A DNA stretch of 33,119 bases, taken from the sequence record DRR723986_1789. One strand, 5' to 3'. Below the pieces are notes generated by a model that saw only the letters and a program-made list of their open reading frames with translations, was not told the origin of the DNA and searched no databases. Numbering within the stretch: position 1 is the first letter of the stretch; each line of letters opens with the position of its first letter. Below are positions 8,700 through 17,214 of this stretch, in pieces. A program made the translations under genes and the position numbers.

Positions 8700-9695
8700 A
8701 TCTCACCTTCACGATTCTAGTTGCCAGTGTCTCGAAAGCGGCATCGAGCGAAACACCCGACTGCTACTGAGGCTTATGAGCGAATGCTTGTCCTGGCAAA
8801 AGAAAAAGCCAGTAAAAAATTGGTGACGCAGCTCAGATACTTCGCGTGCGACATCAGGAGCGGTCCGCGCCGTACCGAGACGACGGGACAGTGCTGAATC
8901 ACTTGAGTGAATCTGGGAGCAGGAGCTGTGCCTGCTTACCGCCGAGATGAGAGCTGTGTTGTCTCGCGGTTGAGCTTCGTCGTCAGCGGTCACGCGACGT
9001 TTGCTGGGCACGCTGGCGGATCGCCCATGCGGCGAGTCGGAGCGTGCTGGTGACACGCAGCGAAACCGCAAAGGGCGCTCTAGGGACGCAAATAGTTGCA
9101 TCCCTGAAGATTGAAAGATTTTTTCGGCCAGGAGTCGGGGCTTACCATCCCAGCGATTGGCTGGAATTGGCATGAGCTTCCCCAGGTGAATCGCGAGACT
9201 GTCGACTGAGGGGAGTCTACAACCTAGGTAAACACGGGCGGCCAGTTTCCTCAAAAAGAGTGGGTTTTAGCACCGCCCCTGAGCTCACCTTCGGGCGTTT
9301 ACGCGCAACGTAACAAGTGGCAGCAATTTTCAGGCACTTCGCATACGGATCACCGTAAATCAGCTCATCAAGTTCTGCGACCTGAATTGGCCAATTCATT
9401 GCTTGATCGCGCGGCCCTGTCGGCCTTCAAACCACTGGAGCCCGCCACCCTGAAGAGCTATATGCGGATTGTAGGGGAAACAGTGCATCGGCAGCCTGCG
9501 TAAGTAAGACAGCGTAATTTGGGGGGATTGGAGCACAGAAAGCGTTTTAGATTGGAAGCGGAGCAAGTACACTAACTCTGGTATACCTTGCCGAAACGCC
9601 CAGGCTGCGCATTTGCTGAAGTGCTGGCCGCGGTCGTTGTTTCAACGATAGTCGCGCAACATCTCATCACTGCGACTTGAATGTAGGAAAGCAAA

Positions 9696-10628
9696 ATGCT
9701 CTCAATCTCGTTCAGATTTCTAGCTGCGGTCACACTCCTCAGTTTAGCGGTGCCGACCGCTGCTTTCTGTCAGGAACAGGGGCAAACTCGTAAGCTGGCA
9801 CCTGGCGTCTTGAAGGTTATCCCGCCTGGCAATGAGCCTGGCGACACCGTCGTTGGCCCAGTCGATCTGCCGTTTGTGTCTGCGAATCAAGATCTGGCCT
9901 GGACTCCCAATTATGCCCCAGCCAGCAGCACGCTGGTTGAGCGAGCCAAGGACGTCAAATTCCGAAACGACGCCTACTGCCTGGAATTCGCTTGCAAGCC
10001 AGTGCGAATGATTGACGTCGAACTGCCCACCAGGGTTGGTTACCGGACCAAGCGAGTTTGGTACATGCTTTACCGTGTTCGCTATTTGGGCCGTGATGAA
10101 AGCCCCACCGAAGAGCCGAAATACAACTACACAACCAAGGCGGTTTCCGCCGAATGGGTGCGATACTTCCCCAAGTTCAAACTCGTTTCGCGAACTGCTC
10201 AGAAACCACTGCTCGATCGCGTCGTACACCCGGCCAAGGTTGCAATTGAAAGGCGTGAACGCGTTGGAAAGCCTGTTTACGATTCAATCGAGATGCAGCG
10301 GCAGAAGATCCAACTCTCGACACCTACCTCTGACAACGCAGTCTGGGGAGTGGCGATGTGGCTCGATGTTGACCCACAAACGGACTTTTTTAGCGTTGAA
10401 GCTTACGGGCTAACCAACGCTCAGAAAGTGGCTGAAGACGGCGGCAAATGGAAGTATCAGCGCAAGGTGCTCGAGCTCTTTTTCTCGCGTCCCGGCGATA
10501 CGATCGACGAGCTTGACGATCAAATCCGCTTCGGAATCCCATCAGAGCCGGATGCGGATCGAAGGGCCCAAGTGCTTGAAAAGTTCGGTGTCAAAGAACG
10601 CCTTGATTATCGGTGGGTGTACCGCTAG
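9696..10628 (+). CDS. Exported hypothetical protein
   Basis: 310-aa ORF with Sec signal peptide (MLSISFRFLAAVTLLSLAVPTAAFC-QEQ), AGGAAAG RBS and normal coding composition. No recognisable catalytic motif. Confidence 0.8.
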   Translation: MLSISFRFLAAVTLLSLAVPTAAFCQEQGQTRKLAPGVLKVIPPGNEPGDTVVGPVDLPFVSANQDLAWTPNYAPASSTLVERAKDVKFRNDAYCLEFACKPVRMIDVELPTRVGYRTKRVWYMLYRVRYLGRDESPTEEPKYNYTTKAVSAEWVRYFPKFKLVSRTAQKPLLDRVVHPAKVAIERRERVGKPVYDSIEMQRQKIQLSTPTSDNAVWGVAMWLDVDPQTDFFSVEAYGLTNAQKVAEDGGKWKYQRKVLELFFSRPGDTIDELDDQIRFGIPSEPDADRRAQVLEKFGVKERLDYRWVYR

Positions 10629-10743
10629 GATATTGGGCTTCGCTGCGGCGGCGTTCGATGCGGCCGCCAACGGATACTGAACTTCGGTCCGCGGACGTCC
10701 TAGATCCGCGACATACAGAATAATTTCGAGTTGGGTTGAGAAA

Positions 10744-10998
10744 ATGGCACACAAAAAAGGGCAGGGTTCGACCAGGAACGGTCGTGACAGTAACGCTCAA
10801 CGACGGGGCGTGAAACGATTCGGCGGCCAAGTCGTAACCCCTGGTTCAATCATTGTCCGTCAGGTTGGCACCAAATTCCGGCCTGGCAAGGGGGTTGGCA
10901 TGGGCAAGGACTACACTATCTTTGCCTTGACCGATGGTCACGTTTTCTTCGACCAAAAGGGACGAAGGGTCAACGTGGCTGCCGCAGAAGCCAACTAG
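10744..10998 (+). CDS. rpmA: 50S ribosomal protein L27
   Basis: [28 protein letters not shown]...[30 protein letters not shown], the canonical L27 sequence. Confidence 0.99.
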   Translation: MAHKKGQGSTRNGRDSNAQRRGVKRFGGQVVTPGSIIVRQVGTKFRPGKGVGMGKDYTIFALTDGHVFFDQKGRRVNVAAAEAN

Positions 10999-11023
10999 TC
11001 TCCCCACGAAACCAGCAGTCATC

Positions 11024-11083
11024 AGCCGCGGATGTCTCTCTGAAGTGCCTCAAAGCGCTTTGAAGAGACTCGGCGGCTTTTTT
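11024..11083 (+). terminator. Long imperfect hairpin with U tract after rpmA (terminator or attenuator)
   Basis: AGCCGC...GTCTCT...AAGTGC / GCGCTT...AGAGAC...GCGGCT followed by TTTTT. Confidence 0.65.
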
Positions 11084-11177
11084 CGTTTACCCGCGTTCAG
11101 CTCCGAACACGCCGTTCTGCCCCAAAGTTGACCTCCGAATTCTCGGCCAAAGCCCTAGCAAATTAGAAAACTGATAG

Positions 11178-12173
11178 ATGTTTGTTGATCGTGCGGAAGT
11201 TGAAATGGAGGCCGGTAAGGGGGGCGATGGCTGCATGTCGTTCCGCCGTGAAAAACACGTCCCTCACGGTGGTCCCGACGGAGGTGATGGAGGCAACGGT
11301 GGCAGCGTCATCGTCCGCTCACGCGAGGGCGTTAACAGCCTTGTTGAGTTCGCTCATCGCAAGCACTGGCGGGCCCCCAAGGGTGAACACGGCAAGGGAT
11401 CTAACAAACACGGCAAGCGTGGCGCTGATTTGTTCGTCGAAGTGCCACCAGGGACTGTCTTGATCGACGCCGAAACAGGCATGATCATCAAAGACCTCGT
11501 TGAGGACAACGACGAAGTAATTGTCGTACGCGGTGGCCGCGGCGGTAAAGGAAACCCGCACTTCAAAAGCTCCACCAATCAAGCTCCTCGCGAGGCAACA
11601 CCAGGCGCGCCAGGTGAGTATCGAAGGGTTATCCTAGAGCTGAAGGTGATCGCCGACGTCGGGCTTGTCGGAAAACCGAATGCCGGCAAGAGCACCCTGC
11701 TGAGCCGCTTGTCCCGAGCTCGTCCGCAGATCGCGGATTATCCATTCACCACCAAGTTCCCAAACCTCGGGCGAGTCATCGTTGGGATCGACACTTCATT
11801 CGTGGTCGCTGATATCCCCGGACTCATCGAAGGTGCCGCCGATGGAGTTGGACTTGGGCATGACTTTTTACGTCACATCACGCGTGCCGGAATCTTGGTA
11901 CACCTAGTCGAGCCGCTGCCAACGGACGGAACGGATGCAATCGAAAACTACCGAGTAATCCGCAAAGAAATCAACCAGTACAGCGAAGAGCTTTCACAGC
12001 GGCCCGAAATCTTAGTCGTCAGTAAGGCCGACATTCCCGAAAGTGCGGAAGTGATCGAAACGCTGAAAGAAGAAGCGGGTAAGGATGTCATCTTGATCAG
12101 TGCCGTTACGGGCGAAGGTCTCAACACACTGATCTACAAGATAGCCGAAACACTACGTGCAGAATCGGAGTAG
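11178..12173 (+). CDS. obgE: Obg family GTPase CgtA/ObgE
   Basis: MFVDR...GKGGDGCMSFRREK...GGPDGGDGG Obg fold. G1 GKPNAGKST, YPFTT, G3 DIPG, G4 SKAD, G5 SAV. Short form with no long C-terminal extension. Confidence 0.98.
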   Translation: MFVDRAEVEMEAGKGGDGCMSFRREKHVPHGGPDGGDGGNGGSVIVRSREGVNSLVEFAHRKHWRAPKGEHGKGSNKHGKRGADLFVEVPPGTVLIDAETGMIIKDLVEDNDEVIVVRGGRGGKGNPHFKSSTNQAPREATPGAPGEYRRVILELKVIADVGLVGKPNAGKSTLLSRLSRARPQIADYPFTTKFPNLGRVIVGIDTSFVVADIPGLIEGAADGVGLGHDFLRHITRAGILVHLVEPLPTDGTDAIENYRVIRKEINQYSEELSQRPEILVVSKADIPESAEVIETLKEEAGKDVILISAVTGEGLNTLIYKIAETLRAESE

Positions 12174-12178
12174 CTCCA

Positions 12179-13039
12179 TTGAAGCTCGGAGTGGATATCG
12201 GCAACAGCGGCATTAAGGTTGCCCGCCTGGATACGAGCGATTGGAATGACACCGCGCCGTCGGTTCAACGAATTGACTGGCTGCATGAGCCACCGTCGAA
12301 AAACAACTCCTCCGCAGAAATCGACCGCCATGTGTCCGCCGATGCTCCTCAGCGTCTTCACCGTCCAGGGGCAGACACCTGGTTAGCTGAACTGGAAGAT
12401 CTTTGTCAGCAATGGGGTGTGAGTGACGATGCTACTTGGCTACTGAGCAGCGTTCGACAAGATGCCAGCAAGGTGCTCGAAGACTGGCTTGCTTCATCCA
12501 AACGCGGCTTGCTTCGACAGGTGCAGTATCGTGATATACCGCTTGTTTGTGACGTAGATTTCCCTGAACAAGTTGGCATTGACCGTCTCCTTGCCGCATA
12601 CGCTGCCTCTCGCAGAACGAACCACCGCCCGCTGATTGTCATACAAGCGGGTTCAGCGGTGACGGTCGATCTAGTAAACAGCAAAGCTGGCGATGATGCT
12701 TTCTGTGGCGGTGCCATTCTGCCAGGCGTTCCAATGATGCTACGGCTGTTGGGACAAGGTGCTGAGAAGCTGCCGAGCATCGTGACCGGTGACTTCGCTT
12801 CCTTGCCACCACTGCCAGGCCGCAATACGCAAAGTGCGATGATTTGCGGCGCAACGAGTGCCCTGGTCGGCGGCATCAATCACTTGGTCGACCGATACCG
12901 ATCATGCTTTGGTGGTGAAACGCAAGTCTTTGTAAGTGGCGGCGACGGGCCTTTACTGAGTTCCCACATTCAACAACCCGTTGCAGTTGGTCAACAATTG
13001 GTTCTGGCGGGGTTGGCACGTCTATCCGAGGATATCTGA
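12179..13039 (+). CDS. coaX: Type III pantothenate kinase
   Basis: VDIGNSGIK, SSV, VGIDRL, AGSAVTVD, GGAILPG, SGGDG and LVLAGL motifs. TTG start 5 nt after the obgE stop. Confidence 0.9.
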   Translation: MKLGVDIGNSGIKVARLDTSDWNDTAPSVQRIDWLHEPPSKNNSSAEIDRHVSADAPQRLHRPGADTWLAELEDLCQQWGVSDDATWLLSSVRQDASKVLEDWLASSKRGLLRQVQYRDIPLVCDVDFPEQVGIDRLLAAYAASRRTNHRPLIVIQAGSAVTVDLVNSKAGDDAFCGGAILPGVPMMLRLLGQGAEKLPSIVTGDFASLPPLPGRNTQSAMICGATSALVGGINHLVDRYRSCFGGETQVFVSGGDGPLLSSHIQQPVAVGQQLVLAGLARLSEDI

Positions 13040-13048
13040 GGGACGAGT

Positions 13049-15253
13049 ATGGCTGAGCATTCCATTTCACCAAACGATCCTTCGAGTGACGTTGACGATT
13101 CAGCATCGATCGGAGCCCTTTTTCGCAGCAGCAAGGCTCCCTATTGCGTAGAGCGGATCAATGCGCCCTCTGGCGAAACTGGTTGTTACGCCCAATCACT
13201 CCTGGATGCCCTCGGAAACGAAAACGTGGCAGCCAACGCCGAGTCTGCTGCGGCTGGTGTCGAGATCCAATCCGAATTGACGGATTGTCTTTTGCGACTG
13301 GAGCGATTTGAGCAACTGAGTCGCTGTCCGTTGGTGGCAATCGCCGGTCAGCTAAACGCTGGTAAGAGTTCACTCGTTGGCACTTTTCTAAGTCAACAGG
13401 CTCGAGACAGGATTCCACGCGGACTAGCAAACAACTCTGCGACGCACCGTTTCGTTATTTGGCTTCCGGGCCGCTGGCAGTCGGATCAAGAGCTTCTGGA
13501 AGCGTTGACACGGACGACTACGGAACTGTTTGGATCCGAGCCAACCTTCTTGCCTGACTCGCTGGACGAAGCACATACTAGCTACGCAGATGCATCTGAG
13601 ACGACACCGATGCTCGCGTTTGACTCGGGCCTCGATGAACTCGGACTAGGACTAATTGACTGCCCCGACATCCAGTCCGGATTTGCGGAGAATCTAGCGA
13701 AAGCAATCGGTAAATCCGACGTCTCCCAAACGAGCGGGCACGAATCGCAGCAAGCGGCCCCGAAGCTGATTGCGCGAGAGTTGCCCGAACTAAGAAGGCG
13801 TCAGCTCCACTCGATCGCCAAACTGTGCAGCGCTTTCGTGGTTGTCTGCGGGATGCGGAATCTCCACGACCAGTCCCTTGTCCAAATTCTGCAAATTCTT
13901 CGCGATTCGCTACCCGGCGTACCACGCTACTTGGCCGTAAACCGCGTGAAAGCCAGGTATAGTCCGGAAGCAGTGATTGAACAGGCTCGAATGTTGAGCG
14001 ATCGGTTCGGGATCTTGGAAACGTACGTGGCCTACGACTACCGTGTTGCCGCAGCCTCAGCCCGTATTCCCTCACCTCCAGCGAATGCTCCTGCTTCCGA
14101 AACGCAGCAACCGATCTTCTTTACGCAAGCTTCGACAACCGAACGCAAGACCAAAAAAACGCCGGCATTCCCTAGCCCCGTCAAGTATCTGGCGGATCTA
14201 GGGCAAGACTTAGATGCGGGCTTTTTGGCCAAGGAAAGCAGCAGAAGCCTAAATTTACAATTGACGACGCACACCCGGCAAGCCTTCACGTGGATCGCAG
14301 ATAACCGCACTGCGAACACGGAACTGCTCCGGCGTCTGTTCAATGATATCGCTGAAGCCTGCATCGCATTCATGGCAGAACGAAATGCTGCAGGCGTCAT
14401 CACAGGGCTCCGCATGCAGACTTCACCAGCAATTATTAATCAACTGACCGACAGCTTATCTCAGACGGCACCGGGCTGGATGCAAATGAGCATGAAAGTG
14501 GATCGGAGCGCACGCAGGCTGCAGATGGCGATCAAGAATTCAGCTTCAAAACTTGCAGTGCTCGGAAACGTCTCGCAAAGCGTCAAGAATCTGGTGCGTC
14601 GCTTCAAACGCGGTGAAGGCGCGGAGGTGGTGACGCCATCCAAACTAGCGTCGGCGATTCGCCATCAAGATCGACAGGGGGCCACAGAATACCTGAACGA
14701 CGAGCAATTGGCCGCTCAGTGCGATGCTGCGATGCACCGATTCGAAAAAGAAGATCAAACCGTCCTTGACGAGCACCAGCTCGAGCAGTGGAGCAAGGAA
14801 GTGTGGGCAAACATGCCGATGCGTCAAAAACTGTGGAAGGGAGCTCAGCCCTTCGCGTTGTTAATGGCACCATTCGCAGCAGTGATTCTTCTGCCCATTG
14901 ATGGCGGTGGCTCAGCGGTGCTAGTCTTTGCTTCTGCGAAGGAACTGTTGGCAGCAGCCGGCATCGCAACGCTGCTCGGCCCAACGCAAACCGGGCACCT
15001 CGCCCTGGAGGTGGCTCAAGGCGAAACAGCTTGGCGGCAACTTAGCAATTTGTTCGCGATCTGCTGTGATTCCCTGGGGATCGCGCGGCCTAACGAAGCT
15101 GGGATGCCCGAAGTGTTTGACGGTAAGCATGTGAAAAAAATTGCAATCAGCACTATCCCATCAAGTACAGCAGCACTCGCCAATGGACCCGCAGTTTGGG
15201 ATATGACCCCAGAATTGTCCGGCGCTCTCCAGCACCACTTACGCCAGCGCTGA
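13049..15253 (+). CDS. Uncharacterised TRAFAC-type P-loop GTPase with helical stalk and hydrophobic hairpin (dynamin-like protein A)
   Basis: G1 AIAGQLNAGKSS (GQLNAGKS at 13346-13369), G2-like ATHR, G3 LIDCPD (DCPD at 13658-13669), G4-like LAVNRVK. Long helical C-terminal half and hydrophobic segment PFALLMAPFAAVILLPIDGGGSAVLVFA. Starts 9 nt after the coaX stop with GAGGGA RBS. Confidence 0.75.
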   Translation: MAEHSISPNDPSSDVDDSASIGALFRSSKAPYCVERINAPSGETGCYAQSLLDALGNENVAANAESAAAGVEIQSELTDCLLRLERFEQLSRCPLVAIAGQLNAGKSSLVGTFLSQQARDRIPRGLANNSATHRFVIWLPGRWQSDQELLEALTRTTTELFGSEPTFLPDSLDEAHTSYADASETTPMLAFDSGLDELGLGLIDCPDIQSGFAENLAKAIGKSDVSQTSGHESQQAAPKLIARELPELRRRQLHSIAKLCSAFVVVCGMRNLHDQSLVQILQILRDSLPGVPRYLAVNRVKARYSPEAVIEQARMLSDRFGILETYVAYDYRVAAASARIPSPPANAPASETQQPIFFTQASTTERKTKKTPAFPSPVKYLADLGQDLDAGFLAKESSRSLNLQLTTHTRQAFTWIADNRTANTELLRRLFNDIAEACIAFMAERNAAGVITGLRMQTSPAIINQLTDSLSQTAPGWMQMSMKVDRSARRLQMAIKNSASKLAVLGNVSQSVKNLVRRFKRGEGAEVVTPSKLASAIRHQDRQGATEYLNDEQLAAQCDAAMHRFEKEDQTVLDEHQLEQWSKEVWANMPMRQKLWKGAQPFALLMAPFAAVILLPIDGGGSAVLVFASAKELLAAAGIATLLGPTQTGHLALEVAQGETAWRQLSNLFAICCDSLGIARPNEAGMPEVFDGKHVKKIAISTIPSSTAALANGPAVWDMTPELSGALQHHLRQR

Positions 15254-15323
15254 TCTGCTGGAGAAAAGACGTTCGTCCACCGACCGCCTAAGGCGAACCT
15301 CATCAACATGATTCCGATTTCGA

Positions 15324-17189
15324 ATGGATAGACCAATGAGTGAAGATCAGCACGGCCTTGCGGACGCTTTGGCAGTTAAGTCCTCTGTGACATCCATGGT
15401 GAACCGAACGGACTTGGCGTCGCGGATTGAAACGGCAACACAAGCTGTGTTCGGTAATTCACCACTCGCAGAAGCTGTTGCAGCGGAGTGTGATCGCTAC
15501 CGCGAAGAGCTTGAAAACATCAGCGATGATCGCGGCATTAGCGGGCTTTTGATTGCAATTGTCGGCGCTAAGGGACAAGGAAAAACATGGGTTGCCCGGC
15601 AATTTGTACGCAGTTCAAGCCTGCAGAACCTGTTGCCAAGCGGTGATTTGCAGGAAGATTCCACCGTCCTGCTGACCTGGATCGGAGCCTCCAAGCCGAA
15701 GCAGTTCGACGCGACGCAGGAACGGTACGTTGAGGCTTCTCGGGAACAGCTCAAGGAAGTGGGTCAGTCCTATACGCTACTTGATACACCGGGGACGACA
15801 GACGGCAATTTGGCCGCCAGCCATATCGCCCGTGCCTCATTGTCGCTCGCTCCTATCAAGCTACTTGTCATCGACCGAACGCAATTGCGTGCATCTGAAA
15901 ACCTCAACGTTGCCAGATGGATCGATGGTGGAATTTGCGTCCCAATCGTCACTGCAGTTGAACCTGAAGAAATCGAATCTGCCTCCGATGTTTCCAGTGG
16001 GCTTGGAAGTGATCTTCGCGACCTCCTGGATCAATTGCAGATCCAAACACCGAATTCTCAAATGCATGCGCCTGTGTTGGTTCCTGATTTTGAAATCACC
16101 GAAGATGAAGCCGCAGCCGGCGAGATTTGCATGACAGGTGTCCTGGATGCACTGGCAACCATTCTCGAGCCCGGAAAAACAATTGCGTCGACCGCCCAGT
16201 CTAGGAGGACGGCCGCGGATGAGCGATTGCGATACCAGACAACTCGCCTTATCCACGACAGAATCCCGAAGCTTGCAACTGCTGTGAATGAACTGGCTCA
16301 TGCAACGCAGCGGCTGCCGGAGCAAGTGCTTGAATCCGTCCTGGGCAGTTCATCCGTCCTTGAAACAGGTTTAAGAATGCGGTTAAGAACCAGGATGATT
16401 AGCGACACACCGCTGCTGTTCTTTCCGTACCGAACCGTAATGGGTACGTTGAACTTGACGCAGGGTGCCTGGGACAGGTTGATGCTGGCGATGGCCGGCA
16501 GCTTGCCAAGCCTATTCGGTGCCTTTGCATCGTGGGCAGGCAACATCCGTGCTGGCCGGACATTTTCGCTTGAGATTGACGAAGGCCTACGCAAACGGGC
16601 CGAACAACAGGTTGATTCCAAAGTTCGGCCTTTGTGCGACCGCTTCCACCGCACGATCTTGCGACAACAGCCTGCAGGTGGCATCGATCAGGAGCCTCCC
16701 GAAACAAGCATCCACTTCCACGGCATCGATCAACTGCAGACGGCCAGCAGAGAGATCTTCGAAGAAGAACTAGAACGCAATGCGGTTCAACCCTGGCGTT
16801 TGTACATGCAAGCGATTGTCGGGATGATCATCTTTTGGACGCTGATGGCTGGACCAGTGATCATCATCTACCGCGACTACCTAGTAGCTTCCTACAAGGT
16901 GTTTACCGGCGGTGGTCCAAGCTTGACGACGTTTCCGCACCCGTCACCTGGACTTCTCTTTACCAGCCTGACGCTTTCGATCATACCGCTCGCGATCTAC
17001 TGCATGATCATTCTCACGCTATCCCTGCGACGGAAGCAGATCCGAAAGATTGCCGATGCGATTGTGGATCGACACCAGCAGGAAATCACGAAACTTCGCG
17101 ATGAGAAAGTGATTCGGCTGGCTTTCGACAACGATCTACTCACCGAGGCTCAGTTCTTGGTAGGCCTCGATGCCGGTGAAAGCACTTAA
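15324..17189 (+). CDS. Uncharacterised P-loop GTPase with helical stalk and two TM helices (dynamin-like protein B)
   Basis: G1 AIVGAKGQGKTW (GAKGQGKT at 15564-15587), G2-like DST, G3 LLDTPG (DTPG at 15783-15794), degenerate G4 (PIVTAVE). Helical middle and two TM helices near the C-terminus. The start may be the ATG at 15336. Confidence 0.75.
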   Translation: MDRPMSEDQHGLADALAVKSSVTSMVNRTDLASRIETATQAVFGNSPLAEAVAAECDRYREELENISDDRGISGLLIAIVGAKGQGKTWVARQFVRSSSLQNLLPSGDLQEDSTVLLTWIGASKPKQFDATQERYVEASREQLKEVGQSYTLLDTPGTTDGNLAASHIARASLSLAPIKLLVIDRTQLRASENLNVARWIDGGICVPIVTAVEPEEIESASDVSSGLGSDLRDLLDQLQIQTPNSQMHAPVLVPDFEITEDEAAAGEICMTGVLDALATILEPGKTIASTAQSRRTAADERLRYQTTRLIHDRIPKLATAVNELAHATQRLPEQVLESVLGSSSVLETGLRMRLRTRMISDTPLLFFPYRTVMGTLNLTQGAWDRLMLAMAGSLPSLFGAFASWAGNIRAGRTFSLEIDEGLRKRAEQQVDSKVRPLCDRFHRTILRQQPAGGIDQEPPETSIHFHGIDQLQTASREIFEEELERNAVQPWRLYMQAIVGMIIFWTLMAGPVIIIYRDYLVASYKVFTGGGPSLTTFPHPSPGLLFTSLTLSIIPLAIYCMIILTLSLRRKQIRKIADAIVDRHQQEITKLRDEKVIRLAFDNDLLTEAQFLVGLDAGEST

Positions 17190-17214
17190 GCAAAAGTGAT
17201 CCGGCAGTCGTCGT

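Noticed and set aside
9057-9110. Resemblance to a c-di-GMP-I riboswitch (GGGACGCAAA)
   Set aside because: It lacks the GGCAAACC-stem-GNRA arrangement and the second stem with a tetraloop receptor. The motif forms a simple local hairpin instead.
8709-9254. 181-aa minus-strand ORF upstream of the kinase
   Set aside because: TTG start, Ser/Arg-rich atypical composition and no domain. More likely non-coding regulatory DNA, though it cannot be fully excluded.
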